A DNA stretch of 64,000 nucleotides, taken from the NCBI GenBank assembly GCA_964016885.1, contig OZ024743.1:210986001-211050000 (forward strand). The letters run 5' to 3'. Under the pieces are notes generated by a model. It did not search any database and was not told where the DNA came from. It saw nothing but the letters and a program-made list of their open reading frames with translations. Both the position numbers and the translations under genes were made by a program. Below are positions 1-11,249 of the stretch, in pieces; positions within the stretch are counted from its first letter, which is position 1, and every line of letters starts with the position of its first letter. The stretch comes from Eledone cirrhosa (lineage: Eukaryota).

Positions 1-71
1 GAGGGGAAAATAAATGATGTTGTGAAGAAGTTCCTCTTAATGAAATTAATATCAATTTTATTATTACTTAC

Positions 72-202
72 GTAATTTATAAACCTGTACAGCCTTCGTC
101 CCACCACAATAAAACCGAAAATCTGTTGGGCATTCTATTGAACATTCATCTTCACTAACTTGTGTTAAGTGTTTCTCGCTCGGCGTGCAATAACATTGAT
201 CA
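72..202 (-). CDS. Internal exon encoding the C-terminal half of a WSC (carbohydrate-binding) domain
   Basis: Minus strand reads ttgtag|T GAT CAA TGT TAT TGC...TTA C|gtaagt. The 131 nt translate to (G)DQCYCTPSEKHLTQVSEDECSIECPTDFRFYCGGTKAVQVYKL, matching the WSC pattern CxC...C-x3-C...CGG-x5-VY. The phase-2 start fits the phase-2 end of the 3659-3797 exon. Confidence 0.9.
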
Positions 203-460
203 CTACAATTAAAGATTTTAATGTAAATTAAACAGGGATGAAGGTAAAATAGAAGGTAATGAGTCATCAGTGGTGTAGCAAAGGTTCTCAACATTTATTG
301 GTTGGGGGGGGGGAGCACTTTGGGTGCATCAGTTGTATAGAATTTTAAATTATAATATGAGCAAAACTGCCTTGCATTTCTCCCAGTATTTTACATCCCT
401 TTTGTTTCAGCTTAGTTGATATCATCATCATCATTTAACATTCATCTTTTCCCTGTTAGC

Positions 461-748
461 AAGGGCTGGAAGGGTCATCACTGGCCATGTCACTACTTAG
501 TTGGTGTTACTGGTTTCCTAGATGGGCTGTGTGAATTTATCATGACAGCAACATTAAGGGCTGGAAGGGTCATCACTGGCTATGTCAGTACTTAGTTGGT
601 GTTACTGGTTTCCCAGATGGGTTGTGTGAATTTATCATGGCACCAGCATTAAGGGCTGGATGAGTCATTACTGGCCATGTCAGTTCTTAGTTGGTTTTAC
701 TGCTTTCCCAGATGGGTTGTGTGGATGTATCATGGCACCAGCATTAAG
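461..748. repeat. Tandem repeat, 95-bp unit x3
   Basis: aagggctgga...catt units start at 461, 556 and 651 and are moderately diverged. Confidence 0.9.
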
Positions 749-1017
749 GAAGTTGTTATGTCTTCAACACAACTGTTTGGCAAATTTTGACAAGTTCTCT
801 AAGATAGGATGCCCTCCCTATCATTAACCACTTTACAGAGTGAACTGGGTGTGTTTATAGACTTGCCTGAAGGTCCCTCTTTATGCTATAGGGCAGGGTG
901 GGAATGAGATGGGGAAAATTTCATGTGTTATGAAAATATGGACATTTTTTTTATTTTATAAATTTAGGAGAAATGCTGAGTACAATTTAACTCAAAAAGT
1001 AATGGATCGGTAGAAAA

Positions 1018-1475
1018 TGTGTGTCACACACACACTTGCATGTGTGTGTAAGAGATGGCAGTGGATGTGTATCACACACTTTCATGTGTGTGTAAGAGAT
1101 GGCAGTGGATGTGTATCACACACTTTCATGTGTGTGTAACAGAGATGGCAGTGGATGTGTGTAATAGAGAAGGCTGTGGATGTGTGTCACACACTTTCAT
1201 GTGTGTGTAACAGAGATGGCAGTGGATGTGTGTCACACACACTTTCATGTGTGTGTAACAGAGATGACTGTGGATGTGTGTCACACACACTTTCATGTGT
1301 GTGTAATAGAGAAGGCTGTGGATGCGTGTATAACAGAAGGCTGTGGATGTGTCACACACTTTCATGTGTGTGTAACAAAGAAGGCAGTGGATGTATCACA
1401 CACACTTACATGTGACACACATCCACAGCCTTCTCTGTCACACACACATGCAAGTGTGTTACACACACATGCATG
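1018..1475. repeat. TG/CA-rich minisatellite (about 43-47 bp unit) ending in an inverted copy
   Basis: Repeated gtgtgtaacagagatggcagtggatgtgtgtcacacactttcat. The stretch at about 1408-1472 is the reverse complement of the unit at about 1018-1075. Confidence 0.85.
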
Positions 1476-1625
1476 TGTACAGAGAAGGCAGTAAATTTGG
1501 TTGAGTTATTGGAATGTTGGATATTTGTTCCAGCTCTTGTGTTCTGAGTTGAAACCTTCACAAAGTCCCCCTCTTTGCATTTTATCTTTTCAGGATTGAT
1601 AAAGAGAGTTGCACCCCACTGTGTA

Positions 1626-1706
1626 GGGACAGCCCTCACTCCTTCCAGCTGTCACATTCTGCATGTTCTGTGTTGGGACAGCCCTCACTCCTTCCAGCTG
1701 TCACAT
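1626..1706. repeat. Short direct duplication (about 50-bp period)
   Basis: gggacagccctcactccttccagctgtcacat occurs twice in tandem. Confidence 0.8.
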
Positions 1707-1904
1707 CCTGGCTGTTCTGTTGGATCAAAAGACAGAAAGTCAGGGTGTCCACTTATGCTTGCAACTGCATCTAAAAATGTCTGTCTCAAGCCCAGATGCT
1801 CAGGCCAGTACTTGTCCCGGTTTTTGTGGTGTGAAGTGACTGAGAGTAAGGTAGGGGTTGGCACAAACACTGAACTGAAGATAGCGAGTTTGGTTTTTAA
1901 ACCT

Positions 1905-2005
1905 ACCTACCTTTTTCTGTTTACTAAATGCTGAAGCTGGCGCATTACTGTACCAGCTCCTGCAATTCTTGCACTTAATTCAGCCTCCTGCCTTCCATAT
2001 AACCA
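1905..2005 (-). mobile_element. Degenerate RTE-clade LINE fragment
   Basis: The translation YGRQEAELSARIAGAGTVMRQL resembles the post-RT EIxxRIxxA motif of RTE LINE ORF2. Confidence 0.45.
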
Positions 2006-2197
2006 TATTTGATATTGCCATATGTAAATGATCTGTTCACACTTTATGGGAAAGGGGGTTTTACCTGAATGGGTTGAAAATGAACACATGATGGCTACCT
2101 TTGAGATCTATCACTGAATGAGAAAGTGAGACAAGCTGAGAAAGTGACAGAAGACAGAGTGAAATAGTGATAATTAGGTAGGAAGTAAACTGAAGAC

Positions 2198-2775
2198 CTG
2201 TTGTCCCCAACAAAGGTCCATTCTGTCACCTTCACACACACCCTCTTTCATCACAGTCTCTACTACTTGCTGACAATGAGAGAGTTCTCTGGACTTGTTG
2301 TCCCCAACAAAGGTCCATTCTGTCACCTTCACACACACCCTCTTTCATCACAGTCTCTACTACTTGCTGACAATGAGAGAGTTATCTGGACTTGTTGTCC
2401 CCAACAAAGATCCATTCTGTCACCTTCACACTCACCCTCTTTCATCACTGTCTCTACTACTTGCTGACAATGAGAGAGTTCTCTGGACTTGTTGTCCCCA
2501 ACAAAGGTCCATTCCATCACCTTCACACACACCCTCTTTCATCACTGTCTCTACTACTTGCTGACAATGAGAGAGTTCTCTGGACTTGTTGTCCCCAACA
2601 AAGGTCCATTCTGTCACCTTCACACACACCCTCTTTCATCACAGTCTCTACTACTTGCTGACAATGAGAGAGTTCTCTGGACTTGTTGTCCCCACAAAGG
2701 TCCATTCTGTCACCTTCACACACACCCTCTTTCATCACAGTCTCTACTACTTGCTGACAATGAGACAGTTCTCTG
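2198..2775. repeat. Tandem repeat, 97-bp unit x about 6
   Basis: Near-identical ttgtccccaacaaaggtccattctgtcaccttcacacacaccctctttcatcacag... units with 97-bp spacing. They explain the cluster of short ORFs here. Confidence 0.95.
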
Positions 2776-3235
2776 GTGTTGGTGAACAAATGGAGACAGT
2801 GTAGAGTAGAGAGCACTCTTTAGTCTTGCTGGGGACATGACAACCTCTCTGGTTCTGGTACCATGACAAAATACACCCTGTATACTCTGTAAAGTAGCAG
2901 TCAATAGAAAGAGCATCCATGCCATAAACTGAATACCCTCCCCCAACCAGTCTAAGAGAGCAATTATGTTGAATAAGAGTTGGTTTGTGTTGTCCATCAC
3001 ATACCATCATGGAAAAGCAGTTGTAAAATGAGAATGATGATTATAATGTTAGAATAGACAAAATGGAGTAAAGAATGGTGATAATGTTAGTATGGACAAG
3101 ATGAAGTAAAGAATGGTAATAATTATGTTAATATAGAAAGGATGGATTTTAAAAAATTGATTCCTTTGCAGTCTTTATTTCTTAAGTATCACTGAATTTA
3201 TGGGGGGTGATCTGTCAGTTTCAATGATGAATCTT

Positions 3236-3550
3236 CCAATTGTTCGATCAATGGAAACAGCCTACTCATGAACTTAACCTGTAAGTGGCTGAGCATTCCA
3301 CAGACGTGTGTACCATTAATGTAATTCTCAGGGAGATTCAGTGTGACCAAGTGTGTGACAAGGCTGACTCTTTTAATTACAGATAGTCTATGTAATAAGG
3401 CTTCCAAAGAGTCTCTGTCTACCCAATTTCACACATAAGACATGAGTCAACCAATGGTTATGGTAAATGACACTTGTCCAAGATGTCCCACAGTGGGATT
3501 GATCCTGGGACTTAATGATTACAAAGCAAACTTCTTAACCATTTTACCAT
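3236..3550 (-). mobile_element. Dispersed SINE-like repeat, copy 1
   Basis: Homologous to 4121-4372 (ttgttc.atcaatgga..cagcct.ctcat...gtaagtggctgagcattcc.cagac). The right end resembles a reversed tRNA-derived head (ggattga.c.tgggac). Confidence 0.6.
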
Positions 3551-3658
3551 GCTGTGCCCATTGTGAAAGTGATAGAGGAAAGAGTAAAGGGGGTGAAATA
3601 GTGATAGAAGACATGGAAAACTAGATTAATGTGGAGAATTGGTAGTAAATATATTTAC

Positions 3659-3797
3659 CCGTTTCTAATTGCAGTATAAGCTATGTTGGAACTTTGACAT
3701 TTCGAAATGCATTCTTCCAAAGTGAGCTGTTTAGAATTATATGCATTATAAAGGTAATATTTTTCATCTGTTGTTCGAAAACAACCGAGGTAGTCAG
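3659..3797 (-). CDS. Internal exon encoding the N-terminal half of the WSC domain
   Basis: Minus strand reads ttttttattacag|CT GAC TAC CTC GGT TGT...AGA AAC GG|gtaaat. The 139 nt translate to (A)DYLGCFRTTDEKYYLYNAYNSKQLTLEECISKCQSSNIAYTAIRN(G), with the WSC YLGCF and T-x-x-x-C-x3-C motifs. It joins 72-202 in frame (GG+T = Gly), giving 8 Cys. Absent from the ORF track. Confidence 0.9.
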
Positions 3798-4120
3798 CTG
3801 TAATAAAAAAGAAATCATGTTAGCCCTTTAGCATTTAAACTGGCCATATCCGGCCAGAATTCTCTCACCTCTTTTTGTTCAAACCAGTTGTAACCAGCTG
3901 CTCATACTAATGTTAAGGTATTGTTCTCAAAATAAATATCGAAATCTCATAGATTCGATATTATGTGATACAATTATGTGAAGTAAAGCCTTTACCATGA
4001 AAATACAATTGTAAATATAGAGTAATGAAAATGGTAAAGGGTTAAATAACAAATGTAAAAAAAAATCAGTTTAAAACCTAAAATGGAATGTACCTCCATT
4101 GGTTCTGTTGATGAGTGTTC

Positions 4121-4372
4121 CAGTTGTTCAATCAATGGAACAGCCTGCTCATAAAATAAACGTGTAAGTGGCTGAGCATTCCGCAGACACGTGTACTCTC
4201 AATGTAATTTTCTTGGAGATTCAGCATGAGGCAGTGTTGTGCACGATAATTTCACCAAGGCATGAGTCAACACAAGGTTATGGAATGAGACACTTGCCCA
4301 AAATGCCACACCGCAGGATTGAACTTGGGACCTAATGATTGCCAAGTGACTTTTAAACCATTTGACCATTCT
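4121..4372 (-). mobile_element. Dispersed SINE-like repeat, copy 2 (further partial copy at about 4420-4630)
   Basis: Similar to 3236-3550 throughout, including gacacttgcccaa and the reversed B-box-like end. Confidence 0.6.
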
Positions 4373-5944
4373 GTGTCCCCAGAATTCTGACTACTCTATA
4401 GTGTCAAAAAACCCTTAACATAATTCTCAGAGAGATTTAGCTGACCCTATTACCAATACAATCCATTCAATAGGCTTCTAAACAGTCTCCATCTACCCAA
4501 TCTCACTCACAAAGCATGGGTTAACTCAACACTATATCAACTTGCCCATGATGCCACATAGTAGGATCAAACCCGGGATCTAAGAAATGTGAAGCAAACT
4601 TCTTAACCATTCAGCTATACTGTGTCCACAGAACCTAAAATAGATTCTAATTAGCTGTCGGGACACTGCATCCTTCAAAACTTCCAAGCTTCCCAAAATT
4701 CGCCAATGCTACACCTGATATTCCCCCTCCATACACAGGCACACATATGTGCGTGTGTCTGTGTGTATATCATGACTCATATACTGTTCACATTCCTGAC
4801 ATTTGTACATTATTCTATGTACTATACATGCACATTTGATGAGTTGTAGTGCACCTGAGCACTGTACACAATAATTTTCATTATTATTTAAAATTTCATA
4901 ATTCTCACAATCAATTCTTGATTATTTTCAAAATAATTTGAAAATCCTAGACTGTTTCATTAGAAATATAGTACCAAAAATGTTAAGTAAGCTGATTTCT
5001 CTATATTTATTTTATCAACACATAAGGAATAGAAAGGAATAGTGAACAAAACTTTAAAAACAAAGATGGTTGAAACTAACTAAATCCTTCATTTTATATT
5101 TTATTGACTTAACCATCTTTATCACCCTTTAGGCTTTACTAATTCATCTATATGATTTCATTAAAAGTTCTGTAAAAAGGTTGATAAAAATAGATCCTTT
5201 AGAAAGCAATTACTTTTTGAACAATAAGAAATAAAAACGTCCTCATCAATTAAAATTTTATGTGATGACATTCCTTCACCTAAGCAAATAAAATTAAGAT
5301 TCTAAACATTTTAGAAGCAGTAGTTTTTTAAAAACTTCTTAATAATATTTGAGTGCTAAAGGAAAGAAGATATAACCCCTGAGGTTTAATTACAAAACTG
5401 TTTTATTTTCTAACAGTACTATAGCATGAAATGAAATGAAATCAATGAAAGAAGAATATAAAAGAATTTAAAAGAATAACAGAACATAAGATTAGGTAGA
5501 GGGGGTGGAGAATAAATGAAATCCCTTTGAGAAAGATTACAGTTGACCCATATACACATGTCAGTTGTAATAGATTTCATCAACAGATATTCATTTCAAT
5601 GTAACATTTATATCTTGTGCACATTGTTTGTTTGTATAAAAGTGAATACAGAGCATTAAGTTTAAAGAAATACTCCTTTCACATAAAATGCTATTTTATG
5701 TGAACTTTGTGTCATAAAAGTCTTGATATTAATATCTTGAGTAAGTAGTGTATGAAATAGTAACAAACTTTCTAATTTCCTACGATAAAGTCAATTAAAA
5801 ATATAATGTTTATACCATGGAGATTTACTACTGAAGCCACATGTGTCTCCATCTTATATTGTTTATTTGTTGCATACATTTCTAAACTACACAAAATAAT
5901 AAACTGCATGCTGCACAATTAATTCTTCTTCTTTGCCTACTTAT

Positions 5945-6105
5945 TCCTGGGAGGATCATGGGAGAAGAGTCCTCAAACACTCCCTCCAGTGGGTCCTATC
6001 AGAAGCAACCATCTCCAGCTGGATTCCTAAGCAAAACCAGCCAAGCTCATGGATGTTATCCAACCATCTTGTTTGGAGTCTACCCCTGGGTCTCTTGTTG
6101 GTTGT
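5945..6105 (-). mobile_element. 3' fragment of an RTE-clade LINE
   Basis: The translation KRPRGRLQTRWLDNI...ASDRTHWR is the typical RTE ORF2 C-terminus (R-x-RGRP-x-x-RW-x-D...DR-x-x-W). Confidence 0.7.
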
Positions 6106-6442
6106 TTTGCACATAATTAATTCCTTTTTTTTAAGCCTGCATAAGTTTATTTCAATAGAATATACAAATATACACAATTTCTCTATGAAAAATAGGGAAA
6201 AATAACAAAATGTAAGAAGACATGCTCACTCAAACACATGTTACAAGGGGCACTGGAGTTTAATTGTAATAATATTTAAGGAAAGCCAACCCATCGCAAC
6301 ATTGCCACAGGTGATAGTGAGGCTAAGATGGTGGAATAACTAAGCATCTTTGCTGGCATCCCTTAATACATTGGTAAGGCGAGCTATTAACAATAACAAA
6401 AACCTCTTTGTTAGCAGCAGCCCTCAGCTATCCTGCATGAGT

Positions 6443-6715
6443 GGAGGCACATGGCTTAGTGGCAAGGGTGTTGGACTTATGATCATAATGTCATGGGTTC
6501 CTTGACTAGGTTGTGTATTGTATTCCTGAACAAAACACTTCATTTCACATTGTTTCAGAATACTCAGCTGAAAATGTGTACTGGTAGTAACTGGGGGGTT
6601 AACTCTGCGATGAACAGGCGTCCTGTCCAGGGGGAAGTCTTGTACTGTCAGTTTCTTAATGCCATGGAAACCAGGATAAAGATCGACTTAATGATCTTCT
6701 AGGTTCAAGACAGAC
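6443..6715 (+). mobile_element. tRNA-derived SINE
   Basis: A-box-like tggcttagtgg and a degenerate B-box. The body is homologous to the 14601-14888 element (aaaacactt.catttcacattg...tactcag.tgaaaatg...caggcgtc). Confidence 0.75.
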
Positions 6716-7404
6716 TTTAAACAGCCACAGATCCAGTAACCTTCACTGCAGCATCAACAATGTGGAAAGGAGCAAAAGATTTGCCAATCAAAATTGTTAA
6801 CTAGAAATGAGTGAATAATTTAAGAGTTTACCTATCAGATAAAGTTTGTAATTTAAATCTCATTAGCATTCAATTATACAATTTATTTTAGAAAATTCTT
6901 GGTAAACAAATTTATTGTTGAACAGAAGAAGTATATAACAATGAAAGTATTTTTAATGTGTGTGTGTGTATGGGATTAAAAACAAGAAGAAAAAAAAAAA
7001 AGGAAATGACAGCCGAAAAGCAAGGATAGAGGTTTTAATGGCAGCTGGTACTGAGCTATCAGCAAAATAACAACCCAAGAACTAAGGACAGAATAGGTCT
7101 TAACAGCAGCTGACACTGAGCTGTCAGTATGTCTCAAGGTCAACAGTAATTATTCTTTATTTCATAATAATAGATGTTCTAATTCTACCAGTGTTGTATA
7201 TCTCCCATTGCTCCAGAGTTGGTCAAGATATATACCAGTAATATTCTGAGGTTAATTCAGTCAATAAAAAACTTGGCTATGTGCTTAATCAAAAGTAATA
7301 AACTTTAACATTTATTCATGGGAATATCTGTACAAAATATTAGTTGCTGATAAATGCAATAAAAAACTAGTTTAGATCAAACTGAGACTGACAAAGACTT
7401 TATA

Positions 7405-7665
7405 GCATCATTATCATTGTTTTTACATCTGTTTTTTCATGTTTGCATGGGTTGAATGGATCCTTTCCAGCACATCATCTCTCCACTCGTTATATTTCTT
7501 CGTTATATCCTCTGTGAGTCTCAGTGATTTGAGATCATCTCTCACCACCTCTGCCCAGGTTTTCCTTGGTCTACCTCTTCTGTGGCTTCTTATCACTAAG
7601 ATTTCCTGGCACTTCTTCACTCAGTAATCATCCTCCATGCACATTAGAGGTCCGTACCAACACAA
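7405..7665 (-). mobile_element. 3' end of an RTE-clade LINE with a (GAT)n-like tail
   Basis: The translation RRGRPRKTWAEVVRDDLKSLRLTEDITKKYNEWR matches the RTE C-terminus. Related copies lie at about 10800-11150, 13655-13738, 15845-16000 and 16420-16780. Confidence 0.75.
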
Positions 7666-7833
7666 TAGAAACAAAGAAATTTTAATGCAAACAAATAAAT
7701 GATATGAAAACATATAATTTCTAATTGCAGATTTCAATTGAAATTTTGTTGTCATAAGCCAATACTTATTTGTAAATATAAACAGTTATATTTTTATAAA
7801 GCAAGATAATATTTAGAAAATCATTACACTTAC

Positions 7834-7836
7834 CAT
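7834..7836 (-). CDS. Candidate 3-nt microexon (ATG) of the WSC gene
   Basis: Minus strand reads atctctttatgcag|ATG|gtaagt, a good acceptor and a consensus donor 3 nt apart. In phase 1/1 it adds one Asp (G+AT). Confidence 0.5.
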
Positions 7837-8549
7837 CTGCATAAAGAGATATTCGTTTTGATATACTTTTAAAATATACATAACATGCACTTGCTTTACT
7901 TATAAAACTATGAAGTGTATTGGTTCGTTCAGGAATAGTACATTCTCTCCAATTTTCTTAAAAGGAAAAATGGTTTTTAACATAAACATTTTTATTACAC
8001 TGAATAGTTATATTTCTATATCAAATAGTAGACAGACATAAGTGATAAAAAATAACATGGGATGATATTGAATGTGTTAAAAACTAAATATGAACATATA
8101 AAAACATATCAAAACAATGAAGATCATGAACAATTTTATATTTGTTTTTATAGGTTAACATGAGAAGTGAATATCAGTAGAGTTACTGCTCCTCTCAACA
8201 TGTTTATGTTGAAGTGATTTCCCTTGAGGAGAGAAAGAAGACTTTTTTTCAGTCTAGTCTTCAACTTCTCCATGTTTTAACACAAACAGAATTACTACCA
8301 GTGACAGTGGCTGTTTGGTTCCTTTGTGTTCAGATCTGGTGTATATATATTTATTTACTGCTTCACACACACATTAATAGTTATTACTACCATCCTTCAG
8401 TTCTTTGTGTATTGGAGTTCTTATCATCCAGTTTTCCAACACAATCTCACTGTTTTCTTCTGTTGTAGTTTTTAGTTCCAAATTAAAATGTTATTTCATC
8501 CCATGTTATTACATCCCAGTTAAAATACACCTTCCATGTAATAATTACA

Positions 8550-9175
8550 TCCTTGGTAGGGTTCAAATGCTAATCCCCTTAGAAGTAGGCCCCTTGTGCC
8601 TCCACACATTTAGCCCAGTGATCCTTCCACCGTTTGATTCACATCTGGAATGTTTCTTCTGGAACAACTCTCAGCTCTGCCATCACAATCCACATGTCCT
8701 CTTCTCTCTAAAAATCAAGTCTTTCAGTGGCATCATCATTCAGAAGTCAGAAGGTGCCATGTCTGGAGTGTAGTGAACTTGGTGAAGTAGTGAAATATGT
8801 CTATTTCTCAAGAAAACTTGTAACAGCTCTGACAAATAAACTGAGGCATTGTCGTGGTGCAGTTACCAGGTTTGCAAGAACCACAGCTCTGGTTTCTTGT
8901 GCTGAACTACATAGAACTTCCTGATCATACTACTTTGGAACTGTTTGTCTTTCTGCTGTATATTAATAATGCATGTCTTGGTAGTCAAAGAAAGTAGTCA
9001 GCATCACTTCATTTTGCTCCACACCTGACATGTTTTTGGAGGTTTTGGCAATGCTTGATGTTTCCAATGTGATGACAGAGCTTTGGTTTCTGGGTCATAC
9101 CCATATACCCACATCTCACCTCCAATTGTCGTGGTATTAAGGAACTCAGGATCTTTGTTGGCAGTATCAAGCGAA
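8550..9175 (-). mobile_element. Degenerate Tc1/mariner transposase remnant
   Basis: The translation DPEFLNTTTIGGEMWVYGYDPETKALSSHWKHQALPKPPKTCQVWSKMK matches the mariner ITGDETWVYGYDPETKxQSxxW...PxPKK region. The first catalytic Asp is lost and there is no intact ORF. The left boundary is approximate. Confidence 0.8.
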
Positions 9176-9210
9176 ATGAAAATGTGACATGTAAGTAGTA
9201 GAGCACTTCC

Positions 9211-9395
9211 CATACTGGCTGGTTGCATGACAGTGATTGACACATCCAGCAAGCTCACCAAAAGCCACATGTGTATCAATATATACAGCACGACACTACA
9301 CACCTCACATACTGGCTGGTTGCCTGACAGTGACTGACACAGCCAGCAAGCTTGTCAGAAACCACACATGTGTATCAATATACACAGCACTACTC
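9211..9395. repeat. Diverged tandem duplication, about 97-bp period
   Basis: catactggctggttgc.tgacagtga.tgacaca.ccagcaagct...tgtgtatcaatata.acagcac starts at 9211 and 9308. Confidence 0.85.
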
Positions 9396-9668
9396 TGCCC
9401 ACTTCTCTCTTCCTAATGTCATAACTTTCCACAAATACATTTAGAAGAGACATTGTAGTTGATGAAGCCTCAAATTAGAATCTATTATAGCAAGTAATAA
9501 CAACTGTACAACTAAAGTAGTTAACAAATTGTCAAAGATTACTAAAACCGTGTTTTTTCTTTATTTTATCATTTTTATTCCACTTTAGATGATTTATCTG
9601 CTGACAAGAGATTGGCCGGCAGCAATGTTTTTAAGAGATATTTTACAGAGCAACAAAAGATTCTTTAC

Positions 9669-9677
9669 CTTGCAATA
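9669..9677 (-). CDS. Candidate 9-nt microexon of the WSC gene
   Basis: Minus strand reads (t)~23ag|TATTGCAAG|gtaaag, with a long poly-U tract. In phase 1/1 it adds V-L-Q. Confidence 0.6.
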
Positions 9678-10057
9678 CTAAAAAAAAAAAAAAAAAAAAA
9701 AATGAAATATCTTGTATTACAGTATCAAGTAATTAATCACCATATTTTCAAAGAGAAAACCAGATTTTGCAGCTGAGTTCCTCCTATTCTAGACACAACA
9801 AATTGTGTCTAGAATACTTCGTCTAGAATCAAAGAAACTACATTTTGGTGAAGTAGAGGTAAGAGAACATCATTTGTTGTCTGAGACATAATCATTGGTA
9901 AATATGGAATTGCTCTCTGCTTACAATAATCTTCCTTGTGGAATAAACCATCCTGGAATAATTCCTTTAACATCATTGATTTTTGGAGGTTTTATTATAA
10001 TTTCTTTTTTTTTAAATTCAAATGAAGTAAAATATTATCAATGTAAATATAACTTAC

Positions 10058-10093
10058 CAGAGGTGCCGCCTAAAGCATTTTGAGTATACAGAA
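10058..10093 (-). CDS. Candidate 36-nt exon of the WSC gene, possibly the end of a signal peptide
   Basis: Minus strand reads cttttgtttatttctag|TTCTGTATACTCAAAATGCTTTAGGCGGCACCTCTG|gtaagt. In phase 1/1 it translates to xLYTQNALGGTS. It is locally GC-richer than the flanks, and A-L-G resembles a signal peptidase (-3,-1) site. Confidence 0.7.
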
Positions 10094-10574
10094 CTAGAAA
10101 TAAACAAAAGTGGGGGGCGGGATAATGAAAAATTAGTTCGTTTTAAATATTTATCATTATATTTCATTTTCCTATATCCTATGATTTGTCCAAAATATAT
10201 AAAGTTGTCAGATTACTCAATATTTATTTGTATAGCAAGCTTGATCACACACATTTTTGGCAGAAATTCTATCTTTTTTCAAAGATTAGAAAATCTAGTT
10301 AACTTCTTGCAAGACTATGTTCTTAAGATTATTTTCTCCAGCAATAAATCATTAAATATTATCGTGTATAACCAGAAACTGTGTTGTGTCAAAACTACAT
10401 GTAAATATAAACACTTGTGAATTGAAATATGTACATGCTAGCATGGAAAATGGACGTTGAAGTAAGAAAATAATAATGTTGGAAGAGATAATAAATGATA
10501 GCATCAGGATTCCAAGAAGAAATGACACCAATAAATGAATGCATGTTCATATATCACTTAGAAAAGAATGTCAT

Positions 10575-10745
10575 AATAATTGTTTCTATGTTAGGCACAA
10601 GGCCAGCGAATACCCAGTGTATTACTGGTACTTTATTTTATCGACCCCGTAAGGATGAAAGGCAAAGTTAACCTCGGCAGGATTTGAACTCAGAATGGCA
10701 AGGGCCGTAACTCTATGCGCCAAAGCATGGCATCCGACACTCTAA
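10575..10745 (-). mobile_element. tRNA-derived SINE (same family as 14090-14300)
   Basis: tactggtactttattttatcgaccccgtaaggatgaaaggcaaa...ggatttgaactcag is the reverse complement of the element at 14090-14300, which includes the B-box gagttcaaatc. Confidence 0.8.
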
Positions 10746-10799
10746 TCTCCCTAAATGTCATTTGCTTTGACAAACCAAAATCTACAATATTTTCATAAT

Positions 10800-11150
10800 T
10801 CATCATCGTTGTTTTTACGTCCGCTTTTCCATGGGTTAGATGGGTCCTTCTCAGCACAGCATCTCTCCCTTTATCATCTCCTCTTCCAGTCTTAGTGATT
10901 TGAGGTCAGCTCTCCCAACCTCTGCCCAGGTCTTTCTTGGTCAACCTCTACTGCAGCTGCCTTTCACTTGGATTTCCTGGCATTTCTTCACCCATCAGTA
11001 ATTGTCCATGTAGATCCCATGTCCATACAAACAGTCTTCTCTCCTGCACACCACCTCAGATTCCCATTAAACCCAGCGTCTCCCTCAACTCATCCAAGCT
11101 CTGCCTTTCTCTCACATTTACATTGCACATTCAATGAAACATGGTTGCTT
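10800..11150 (-). mobile_element. RTE-like LINE 3' remnant
   Basis: Homologous to 7405-7665 (agtgatttgag.tca.ctctc.c.acctctgcccagg...cttggtc.acctct) with a catcatc tail. Confidence 0.65.
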
Positions 11151-11249
11151 CATTTCTCTCCAGTTTACTCATGATACAGCGTATCCTGTCAGAAGCAATC
11201 ATCCCCAACTGATCTGACTGAATCCCCAAGTGAGACCAGCTGAGCTCAT

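Noticed and set aside
203-294. N-terminal part of ORF 64..294
   Set aside because: It is intronic read-through upstream of the acceptor at 203-204. Only 72-202 is exon.
1126-3010. Cluster of short Cys/His-rich ORFs
   Set aside because: They mostly derive from the TG/CA minisatellite and the 97-bp tandem repeat.
4094-4104. Possible 11-nt minus-strand microexon (caacag|AACCAATGGAG|gtacat)
   Set aside because: It is not a multiple of 3, has a weak donor and pyrimidine tract, and sits at the edge of a dispersed repeat.
10505-10518. caggattccaagaa resembling the satellite core
   Set aside because: The match is short and has no flanking similarity, so it is compatible with chance.
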